30,408 nucleotides of DNA from a virus (Duplodnaviria; Caudoviricetes), in IMG/VR virus record IMGVR_UViG_3300038674_000481, positions 1-30,408 of that record; one strand, given 5' to 3'. The first letter of the stretch is position 1. Each line of letters opens with the position of its first letter. Shown piece by piece: positions 23,103 to 30,408 of the stretch. The notes under the pieces were generated by a model. It had not been told where the DNA came from. It was given only the letters and a program-made list of their open reading frames with translations, and made no database searches. The position numbers and the translations under genes were made by a program.

Positions 23103-24728
23103 TTATGATTCCACCTCCTGATCAATTACTTTGAATAATGATGCCATTGCTTTTTTGTAATCTTTCTTGAGTAGTGTACTGAGGTCCTCTCCGGTTTCAT
23201 CAGCCGGATCGAAATCGTCTGGGGCCGAACTCTGCATTTGAGGATACTGTCCTGGCAGTTGTGCATCATAGTTTGAGAGCTCAAGATTCTTGATATGCAT
23301 CAGTTCATCTGCTACTGCTTGTGCATCCTTCCGCGACATACCAAACTGCTTGAGCTTGTTCAGTGTGTCGGCATCAGTGTTCTTGGTCTGTGCTTCGGCC
23401 AATACGTCCTTAAGATCCGGAGTATTCAATACATATTTCAGTTGCATTTCATCAAGAGGCATTTCATCTTTGAACAAATCCCTGAGGATCCATTCCACTT
23501 TCTTTTCATATTGCCTCCTAACTCCGGCAAGATTCTTTTGCAGGATAGATTCCAGGACCCTGCTTGTTGCCAGTTCAGAGCCTGTTGCAGTGAGCAAAGC
23601 TACGGGGAAACCTATCCCTTTGCCTATCTCTTCATCAAGCATATCGATAAGTGCTTTCATGAAAGAATGTGTCAGGTTCCGTCCTGATTCCACTACATTG
23701 ATCTCATCGACTGGCCCACTGCCATACACTCCACCATTTTTGAGAATGCTGATAATGGTGTCTGTGTCTTTTTTTAGCGCGGTATTATAAGAAGAATATT
23801 CTGAACTCATCTGAGCGTATAATTCAGGATTGATGGTAGCCAGTTCTGCCGCTGGCTGTTGTGGTACAGTTGTTAGTATCCGTTCTGTGCCCTGGTCAGT
23901 TGTTTCTTTGTATACTAACCCGCGCTTCAGGTGAATGATGGGGGATAGCACCCTAAATATAATATTTGGACTCTGGACTAATATCAGCCTCTTCAGCCAA
24001 ATGGCAAGGATTATACCATCGATTGGTGCAGCATCGTCATCTTCTGAGAAGCGATGCATGGCCATGATATCCTCAGCAGAACCTATCCTCAGATTAGTGA
24101 TATCAGTTATTCCACGGTTCGTCCTTAATACATCGAAAGCTGCCTTAACTCCCACTGGATCCTCGGTGTCTACTCCTTCTACCCATTCCTTCCCTGGATC
24201 TATATTTGGGATCCACCAACAATTATACTCTATTGGGATATCTATCGTATTCCATCCATTCCGTACCAGAATCGACTGATGGTATGCCTTCACCCTTGAA
24301 TCCCATGGATCTTTGTAAGGGGTGATCTTGCCTTTCAGCCGTGCTAGATTAACTATTTTGCCTTTGATATCGCGGTCCAGTCTGCGGTACACATGACCCC
24401 TTTTAATGAAAAAGTCTTCGAAGTCTTCACGGAATACTCCAATTGGATCTAGCTGCTCGAGGCGTGCTTCCATTGTCTTGATTTCATCTTCATACTTCTT
24501 GTTGTCCACCGTGACAATGCGGCCCCCTGCGAGGATATAGTTCTTCAAAAACTCAGTAATAGATCCACGCAACAGAGGATCCACCTTGAAGGACTTGTCC
24601 CGCATCTCCTGCGAAACATTTGGTATTTTGGATTCTGTTTCTATGATCCATTTCAGAGTGTTGACGTACATATCATATGGATCTGTACCTGTAGATGCCC
24701 CTACGGAAGATTTGGGAGTCTTTGGCAT
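23103..24728 (-). CDS. portal protein
   Basis: 541 aa directly after the terminase; EEIGKGIGFPVALL..GSELATS motif. Confidence 0.75.
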   Translation of the reverse strand: MPKTPKSSVGASTGTDPYDMYVNTLKWIIETESKIPNVSQEMRDKSFKVDPLLRGSITEFLKNYILAGGRIVTVDNKKYEDEIKTMEARLEQLDPIGVFREDFEDFFIKRGHVYRRLDRDIKGKIVNLARLKGKITPYKDPWDSRVKAYHQSILVRNGWNTIDIPIEYNCWWIPNIDPGKEWVEGVDTEDPVGVKAAFDVLRTNRGITDITNLRIGSAEDIMAMHRFSEDDDAAPIDGIILAIWLKRLILVQSPNIIFRVLSPIIHLKRGLVYKETTDQGTERILTTVPQQPAAELATINPELYAQMSSEYSSYNTALKKDTDTIISILKNGGVYGSGPVDEINVVESGRNLTHSFMKALIDMLDEEIGKGIGFPVALLTATGSELATSRVLESILQKNLAGVRRQYEKKVEWILRDLFKDEMPLDEMQLKYVLNTPDLKDVLAEAQTKNTDADTLNKLKQFGMSRKDAQAVADELMHIKNLELSNYDAQLPGQYPQMQSSAPDDFDPADETGEDLSTLLKKDYKKAMASLFKVIDQEVES

Positions 24729-24750
24729 GAAGATGTTTTTTAGAAGAAGA

Positions 24751-24769
24751 GTATAAAAGGGAGGGTTGG
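24751..24769 (-). promoter_or_regulatory. putative late promoter CCAACCCT-CCC-TTTTATAC
   Basis: 22 nt upstream of the portal ATG (likely leaderless). Confidence 0.65.
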
Positions 24770-24780
24770 ATTCGGGTCAA

Positions 24781-26208
24781 CTAGATTCTTGTCCCTCCTA
24801 CTACACCTATACCTCCTCCGAAACGAGGAGTTGAGGTAACCATTGGTTTGACAGATAACTGGACTGCATATGATAATGTGTCTACTTGGTCATCATGGGC
24901 TCCTTTTGGAAACGACAGTAATTCATCCACAAAGTCATTAATACCAGGTGCTCCTCTGAGAAGATATACATATCCCGCTTCCATGCGAGCTGCTGCAGGC
25001 AATGCTCTGGTCACTTTATCGGCCTCAGCTTTGAGCTCTCTGATAGGCAAACCCTCTCGCAATAACATTTGATACAGTGTCTTCCCTACGCCTACTGCTT
25101 CAACAGCCTGGAATGCAGGCTTCCACCTGGAGAATGCCTGTTTGAATAAGTTGATCTGATCAGGTCCTTCTAACCTCGTCCGGATACCATCTAGCCTAAT
25201 GAGATCACTTGCCTTGGATAGAGCCCACGTACTTAGTACAAAATAGTCTGCACTTGCCTTCGTAGATACAGCAGGGTCACATGTTTGAAAGACCATGCAT
25301 TCTTTGTAGGCTACCTTCTTACTGGATCCGTCCGGAAGTTCCAGGACAAATAAGTCTCCATCTAATGTACAATATCTAATATGCTGATTTTTGAATATAG
25401 TTCCTTCCAGTGCAGAGGGTCTCTGTTGATAGAGAGCATTCCACCAGTATATCCCAAGAGTGTCTTTAGTTTTTGAAAGTGCTTCAATAGAATATCTGCG
25501 AGGAGACAATGCTTCTCCTGGAAGCCTGCCTAATGAATCATCATCCTCGGCCAGTGCAGGAAAGCGGATAACTGTCCATTTGTCCGGCTCTTCCTTAAGC
25601 AACCTGCCTGATAGGTCGTCTTCGTGCCACCTGGTCTGAATGATGATGACTGCACCGCCTGGCTCGAGCCGAGTATATGCTGTGGACTTGTACCATTCAG
25701 CAGCTTTGTCCCTATAGGTCTTTGACTGTGCTTCTTCTGAGTTCTTCACTGGATCATCGATGATAAGAAGATCCGCACCCTTTCCAGTAATCGGGCCTCC
25801 TACTCCAGCTGTGCTCATTCCTCCGGTATGGCCTGCTATATCCCACCTATCCCTTGCTGAGGAGTTCCCGGATACAGACTGGCCGAACAGCTTAGGCCCA
25901 TACTCTGACATAATGTTCCTTGCCTTGTATCCCCACTGTGCTGCAAAATCTGCTTCATATGAAGTAAGAATTATCCTCTTATCCGGATTGTGTCCCAGGA
26001 ACCACGCGGGAAAATACTTAGATGTGAGCTCGCTCTTGCCATGCCTGGGAGGCATGAATATCATTAGGTGCTTGATCTCTCCAGATGCCACTTTCATTAG
26101 TGCATTGGATAGTTCGAGGAGATAATCAAATGCCAGCCATTTAAATCTGCTACAGTATTGTGCGAACAAAGCAGGTGTTGCGGTATACAGCTGCTCATTC
26201 ATTTGCAA
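24781..26208 (-). CDS. terL: terminase large subunit
   Basis: Walker A MPPRHGKS, Walker B LLIIDDP, QTRWHEDD, nuclease CDPA..ADY..HDDQVD. Confidence 0.95.
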   Translation of the reverse strand: MQMNEQLYTATPALFAQYCSRFKWLAFDYLLELSNALMKVASGEIKHLMIFMPPRHGKSELTSKYFPAWFLGHNPDKRIILTSYEADFAAQWGYKARNIMSEYGPKLFGQSVSGNSSARDRWDIAGHTGGMSTAGVGGPITGKGADLLIIDDPVKNSEEAQSKTYRDKAAEWYKSTAYTRLEPGGAVIIIQTRWHEDDLSGRLLKEEPDKWTVIRFPALAEDDDSLGRLPGEALSPRRYSIEALSKTKDTLGIYWWNALYQQRPSALEGTIFKNQHIRYCTLDGDLFVLELPDGSSKKVAYKECMVFQTCDPAVSTKASADYFVLSTWALSKASDLIRLDGIRTRLEGPDQINLFKQAFSRWKPAFQAVEAVGVGKTLYQMLLREGLPIRELKAEADKVTRALPAAARMEAGYVYLLRGAPGINDFVDELLSFPKGAHDDQVDTLSYAVQLSVKPMVTSTPRFGGGIGVVGGTRI

Positions 26209-26704
26209 GATCCTCCATATCGATGGTTTTTTGGGTCAGCCTCTTGGACAGTTCGTTAGCTGCTGAGATCACATCTGGAGAATATATCAGGCCAATTGCA
26301 TTGATCACCGAAGGGGATTGGGTATTCTGATATTTCCCTAAGACCTTGTTGATGATGTCCAAGCCCGTGTACACTTTGTCAACGGCCATGACTGCTGTTC
26401 TGTTGTCGCCTTCGTCCTTGGCCGCCTTGCAGATGCTTCTCAGCTCGCGGATACATGCCATGGCTTCTTCTATAGTATTAATCTCTGCTTCTGCGATCTT
26501 GGCTTTGAGCTGGTCTGATTTCTCAACGGCTTCTATTTTGGCCTGATCTCTAGACGCGAAGAACCTCTGAACGGATGAATATGTAATTGTCTCCTTTGAT
26601 TCCTGGGATAAGATCTCTGATATTTGCGTGAATGATTTGTCGTGACCACGGAGATCTACAGCCCGTGTTTCTAGGTTCAACTTTGTAATTTTATTTATTG
26701 CCAT
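26195..26704 (-). CDS. terS: terminase small subunit (putative)
   Basis: N-terminal HTH-like region, helical core; overlaps the terL start. Confidence 0.7.
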   Translation of the reverse strand: MAINKITKLNLETRAVDLRGHDKSFTQISEILSQESKETITYSSVQRFFASRDQAKIEAVEKSDQLKAKIAEAEINTIEEAMACIRELRSICKAAKDEGDNRTAVMAVDKVYTGLDIINKVLGKYQNTQSPSVINAIGLIYSPDVISAANELSKRLTQKTIDMEDLANE

Positions 26705-26723
26705 AATCGATTCACATCATTCG

Positions 26724-26743
26724 GATTCAATTCGAATTGAATC
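26724..26743. repeat. perfect 20-bp palindrome GATTCAATTCGAATTGAATC
   Basis: Self-reverse-complementary; about 20 nt upstream of the terS start. Confidence 0.85.
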
Positions 26744-26914
26744 ATATCTTCTCCAGCTTCACGCCATGGCTCAAAGTATGCAACACTCTGAAACATGTAT
26801 TACAAAAAGAACATGTGATCCTATCCTGCGTAGAAGATACAGCCAGGCCTTTCTCACATTCAGGACAGCGCTTTGAAAAGAAGGTAACAGGGGGGGTATT
26901 TTTTTAAGGCTCAC
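26742..26914 (-). pseudogene. zinc-ribbon gene frameshifted at A7/C7 homopolymer tracts
   Basis: GTGA-coupled start at 26914; the frame containing CPEC...CSFC lacks its own start; one extra base in either tract gives a 57-aa ORF. Confidence 0.5.
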
Positions 26915-27366
26915 AATATCCCTCTCTTCATTACCTCTTGCCTTACGAATGACTCCATTTCCTTTGCTGTGCCAAACCCATACTTCATATATACTCTATC
27001 CCATGCAGGGTTCTGGTGCCTCTTGAGTTGCCGAAGGATTGAGCCTGGAGTATCATCTGAAAAAATAGTCTCCCGGATACCTGTGAATGATTGGGAAGCT
27101 TCCACCTTCTTGTCCAGTTTCTTCATGGTCTCTTCCTCGATGCGTTTGGCGTAACTCAGAGAAGCTTCTAGATCCATTAGTCTAGTTCTTGTTTCTTCGA
27201 TCTGATTCTCAAGGATAGCAACAGGAAGGACGTTCTTTAGAGTAAGAAGCAGTCCATCCTCCAAAGCATCGGACAAGCTTTTATTATGTAGCGTTTTTGT
27301 GTTTTCGAATAAATCCTTTAGTTGGGGATTTATTCTAAGAGACGTTACTGCAGATTTGTTATACAT
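26911..27366 (-). CDS. DNA-binding protein with RHH-like N-terminus and coiled coil
   Basis: VTSLRINPQLKDLFE....KSLSDALEDGL. Confidence 0.65.
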   Translation of the reverse strand: MYNKSAVTSLRINPQLKDLFENTKTLHNKSLSDALEDGLLLTLKNVLPVAILENQIEETRTRLMDLEASLSYAKRIEEETMKKLDKKVEASQSFTGIRETIFSDDTPGSILRQLKRHQNPAWDRVYMKYGFGTAKEMESFVRQEVMKRGIL

Positions 27367-27421
27367 CTTACCCTCGTTTCGTTTGGAGATTTACGGGAAT
27401 TTAACATGGAATTTCTCGGCG

Positions 27422-27561
27422 GGGGTGTAGTACTACGTAGTACTACATTGCTTGATAGCAATATAGTATCCACTCCGTACTACACCCCTACAATGTCAAC
27501 CGATGTAGTTTTTCTTTGCCGACTTTCTAAACTGTGTAATACTACACATGTAGTACTACAT
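27422..27561. repeat. array of (T)GTAGTACTAC(A) palindromic sites
   Basis: 22-bp palindrome 27426-27447; GGGGTGTAGTAC/GTACTACACCCC inverted repeat (27422-27433/27477-27488); TGTGTAATACTACACA 27533-27548; ATGTAGTACTACAT 27548-27561. Confidence 0.85.
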
Positions 27562-28023
27562 TTCTGTACTGAACACGTCCATAGAGGAGTTTTCAGATTT
27601 TGAGTCGAAGTAAGGGACATATTGCCTGAGCTTGTCTTCAAACTCGGACCTTATGCTCCTAAACTTCACCCAGAGTATACTGAAGAGCTCTCTTGCGAAC
27701 TCCTCGATCATTGTGATACGCTTCCTGTCCTCAGCTATTTCTGATAAGAATGAAAGCTTGAATGATTCAAATTCGTCTCTTGTGATGTATTCGGAAGTGA
27801 TTGTTTCGCCATTTGTATACACCACTTCTTTAGGGAGAGGACAGTTAGGTGCAATTCGATTGCCATAATAGATGTTGTCTGGAATGATTCTATCTTCATT
27901 AGACGCCATCCTGCCACAGTAATGATACTGTATAGTTCCATCACTGGCTGTTTGTGGCCACATACATGCTAGACACGAATTGACCTGGATGAATCCGATA
28001 TCTTTAGGAATTGAATCGGTCAT
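27556..28023 (-). CDS. hypothetical protein, Cys-containing N-terminus (SCLAC..C..CPL)
   Basis: AGGTGA RBS before MTDSIP; ATGA coupling. Confidence 0.6.
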   Translation of the reverse strand: MTDSIPKDIGFIQVNSCLACMWPQTASDGTIQYHYCGRMASNEDRIIPDNIYYGNRIAPNCPLPKEVVYTNGETITSEYITRDEFESFKLSFLSEIAEDRKRITMIEEFARELFSILWVKFRSIRSEFEDKLRQYVPYFDSKSENSSMDVFSTEM

Positions 28024-28178
28024 TGTGTCACCTGTGCAACTACAAGCCTGTCGGACAACGCACTCTGGATAAGCCACAGCTTCGCTCCACATTGGGAGTA
28101 AGTATAGGTCTTAAGGGCATTAACTTTTACGGTGTCTGACTCGACACCAGCACCACATTCAGGACATGGCCGGATCAT
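28020..28178 (-). CDS. small zinc-ribbon-like protein (MIRPCPECG...)
   Basis: ATGA-coupled on both sides. Confidence 0.5.
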   Translation of the reverse strand: MIRPCPECGAGVESDTVKVNALKTYTYSQCGAKLWLIQSALSDRLVVAQVTQ

Positions 28179-28390
28179 ATCCTGATCCCCCGTCTCTTGC
28201 AGATCTGCCGTACTGTGTTCTGTCCACATTTCATTTCTCTCACCGTTTCCATTACGCATCTGGTTCGAAGTATGCTTTCCACGATGGCATTTTCCCTCTC
28301 CGGTGAGCACTTTGGCCCAGCATTTCTGGTATACTTCAGAGCAGCCAGGCAAGCTGCTTCTGTGGGAGTACATTGTAGCGGCACGGTCAT
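28175..28390 (-). CDS. hypothetical protein, possible C-terminal HTH
   Basis: TVREMKCGQNTVRQIC; in operon order. Confidence 0.5.
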   Translation of the reverse strand: MTVPLQCTPTEAACLAALKYTRNAGPKCSPERENAIVESILRTRCVMETVREMKCGQNTVRQICKRRGIRI

Positions 28391-28392
28391 AC

Positions 28393-28572
28393 CTACTCTT
28401 CCTCCTTCGGACACCTGTACATGTTCCCAGGAACCTTGTCTTTGATACCACAGTAGTAGCAGGTCTTCCAGTTCATTGAACCTGTCTGGATCTTCTTAGC
28501 TACCAGGTCCTTGCAGCCAGCCTTCCTGCAAAGCGCAGAAGATGGCTTAGCTCCGTTCAGTGGCCCGGTCAT
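28393..28572 (-). CDS. small Cys-rich protein
   Basis: Five Cys; GAGGCGG RBS. Confidence 0.5.
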   Translation of the reverse strand: MTGPLNGAKPSSALCRKAGCKDLVAKKIQTGSMNWKTCYYCGIKDKVPGNMYRCPKEEE

Positions 28573-28645
28573 TGTACCGCCTCGTCCTGCTGTCTGCCGG
28601 CATTGACATACCATTTGTGAATCATGCTTTCCATCGATTCAATGC

Positions 28646-28816
28646 TCATGTCCTCGCCTCCTCGTTCACAATCGGTCCTGCTCTTGGTGCGTATTCCATC
28701 CAGTAGATATAGGCACCGTCTTCTCGTTGAGCGATGTTGATCTCACCTATTCGGCTATCAGGGATGTTGACACCATCGCCATTAGTGACCTTGACTTCAC
28801 GATAGACTATGTTCAT
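28646..28816 (-). CDS. 56-aa hypothetical protein (MNIVYREVKV...)
   Basis: GGAGGTGG RBS; TGATG coupling with the recombinase; hand-translated. Confidence 0.55.
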   Translation of the reverse strand: MNIVYREVKVTNGDGVNIPDSRIGEINIAQREDGAYIYWMEYAPRAGPIVNEEART

Positions 28817-29733
28817 CAGACCACCTCCACGCCGATCTCTTCCTGAGTGACCAGGCCAGATATGCCGAACTGTCTCTTGAGGGCAAACACTTCAGCTACC
28901 TTGCAGCACATTGCGGATTTGTAGGTTGCCCAGATATCATTATTTTTTTTGTACTCATCATACGATGCATAGGATATCACTGGCCTGCGTCCTGTGTGCC
29001 TGCATATAGCCCATGCTCCGATTACTTTCCCTCTGCTACCTTTCCCGAATGAATGCATCACTGTGCCTTTCTCAGCATCAATAGAGAACTCGTCGTTTTC
29101 ACATACGGCCATTGATTGAATGCCGTCAAAGGATGGATCTCTCTGAGCAGCTTTGAGATAGCCATCACGAGAGGTGATTATGGTGTGCATCTTGTCACTG
29201 TAGAATATCTCCTTTAGGAACGGATCCAAGCCATACTTGTTGGCTACATAGAGAAACATCTGAAGCTCACTATCCGTAGACCCTTTTGCTACGGTGTTTT
29301 TGATTGTCTCAATTTGCTCAGGTGTATACCCGTGCACAACTACAGTTGAGTTAGCAGTTTGTCTTCTTGCAGGGGGAGTAGATCTTTGTACAGGCTTAGG
29401 TGTTTCGACAGGCTTATCTTGCTTCGGTTCAGATGGTACATTGGCGGGGGTCTCTTGATTCTCTTGGTTGGTAGCCTTGTTTTCAGTTGGTTCCTGCCTC
29501 TCTGCTGATTCTACTGAAGCATATTCAATTGCTTCTTTCAATGCCTTGAATGGATCGTCCTGGAACTCTGTGTATCGTTCCGATCCAATGAATACAAAGG
29601 GTTCTTCTTTTTTGAAGTCCACTCCGTATACCTTCCCATTAATTGTTTGCTTCCAAATGTGCTCATTCCTGGGATCCTGCTCATATCCCATCATGCCTAC
29701 CATAGTTTGAATATGCTGTCTATTCCATGCCAT
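28816..29733 (-). CDS. bet: Bet/RecT-family single-strand annealing recombinase with N-terminal extension
   Basis: ELQMFLYVANKYGLDPFLKEI, TSRDGY, W....AMCCKVAEVFALKRQFGISGL..QEE. Confidence 0.88.
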   Translation of the reverse strand: MAWNRQHIQTMVGMMGYEQDPRNEHIWKQTINGKVYGVDFKKEEPFVFIGSERYTEFQDDPFKALKEAIEYASVESAERQEPTENKATNQENQETPANVPSEPKQDKPVETPKPVQRSTPPARRQTANSTVVVHGYTPEQIETIKNTVAKGSTDSELQMFLYVANKYGLDPFLKEIFYSDKMHTIITSRDGYLKAAQRDPSFDGIQSMAVCENDEFSIDAEKGTVMHSFGKGSRGKVIGAWAICRHTGRRPVISYASYDEYKKNNDIWATYKSAMCCKVAEVFALKRQFGISGLVTQEEIGVEVV

Positions 29734-29735
29734 CT

Positions 29736-29936
29736 TTACGCCTCCATCAAAACATCAATTGCACTGAACATCTTCAGGTCTCGCTCATAATCATCTAATG
29801 ATATCCCGCCCGTGCTGACAAGTTGTGCCACATGCGCTTTCAATTCCCCAAAATCCTCAGCATCAATGCAGGATTTCAACAGGTCCACGCCTCGGCGCAC
29901 ATTCCCGGCAATGACTACTGCCCTATCCAGATCCAT
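29736..29936 (-). CDS. hypothetical protein (MDLDRAVV...)
   Basis: TAATG coupling. Confidence 0.5.
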   Translation of the reverse strand: MDLDRAVVIAGNVRRGVDLLKSCIDAEDFGELKAHVAQLVSTGGISLDDYERDLKMFSAIDVLMEA

Positions 29937-30331
29937 TACTGAACCCCTACCTGTGCATCTGGTCTCATCCATGAGCAGACATTGAATTCACTGGAGACGT
30001 CCATGTCTCCGGTCCCTGCCAGGCAATATACAAACCACCTCTTGAACTTCCTCTGCTCAAACTGTTCGTCTATCTGAAGCAGGGCAATTGTGTCACGCTT
30101 TGCATTCAGATCCCTTAGCAGCCTGCAATATGTCTCATCGGTATCGAGTCTGGCATCCAGGGCGATCTTGCGCTTAGTCTCATTTGTCAGACCGAGCTCC
30201 TTAGCGTTTGCATCAATGTCAATTATGTGATTCACTTTGAGATCCTTCAGGACTTCTTCCAGCTCTTCCGCTTCTACTCGGTGGTAGTGGATCCTCAGTT
30301 GCAGATCTCTGATAACGGCAGTATCGCTCAT
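29936..30331 (-). CDS. coiled-coil hypothetical protein (MSDTAVIRDL...)
   Basis: GGAGATGA RBS; helical. Confidence 0.6.
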   Translation of the reverse strand: MSDTAVIRDLQLRIHYHRVEAEELEEVLKDLKVNHIIDIDANAKELGLTNETKRKIALDARLDTDETYCRLLRDLNAKRDTIALLQIDEQFEQRKFKRWFVYCLAGTGDMDVSSEFNVCSWMRPDAQVGVQ

Positions 30332-30408
30332 ACCATCATCTCCGGGCATTTCTGGCTGTAGTCAAAGATCGTATACCTGGGCTTGTTGTATGGTCCATAC
30401 TCGAACGC
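30328..30408 (-). CDS. 3' end of a gene entering from the right edge (...AFEYGPYNKPRYTIFDYSQKCPEMMV)
   Basis: Open frame ending in an ATGA overlap with the next gene. Confidence 0.4.
   Translation of the reverse strand, partial: AFEYGPYNKPRYTIFDYSQKCPEMMV

Noticed and set aside
28020-28451. 143-aa ORF as given in the track
   Set aside because: Its 5' two-thirds overlaps two better-coupled ORFs; only 28020-28178 is retained
1-30408. DGR template repeat, reverse transcriptase, integrase or att sites
   Set aside because: No second copy of the VR scaffold, no RT motifs and no recombinase catalytic motifs found by eye; a computational search is needed to exclude them fully

Overview
The window is an archaeal tailed virus (siphovirus-like Caudoviricetes) genome or provirus fragment. 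The host is most likely a Methanosarcinales methanogen, inferred from TATA-box promoters, GGTGA/GGAGG ribosome-binding sites and a DNRLRE-type domain. Almost all genes are on the minus strand. Read right to left they are: small early genes and a Bet/RecT recombinase; an RHH-like gene behind an array of TGTAGTACTACA palindromes; small and large terminase; portal; head morphogenesis protein; a beta-helix enzyme; protease/scaffold; cement protein; Mu gpT-like major capsid; neck genes; tail tube; tail chaperone with a -1 slippery site; tape measure; and paired paralogous tail-tip proteins. Four things stand out. (1) An Mtd-like fibre gene ends in a strongly adenine-depleted segment that looks like a DGR variable region, but no template repeat or reverse transcriptase is visible in the window. 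(2) A ~1.25 kb non-autonomous IS200/IS605-like element (both ends plus a tnpA stub) carries four small plus-strand genes behind a duplicated 73-bp promoter/RBS module, resembling an anti-defence (acr-aca-like) cassette. (3) A motif with fixed spacing, CAACYYT-N3-TTWTATA, precedes four structural operons and is a candidate late promoter. (4) A tRNA-Thr(UGU) has C33 in place of the near-universal U33. No integrase, polymerase, primase or helicase was recognised. All calls come from reading the sequence by eye; no searches were run.
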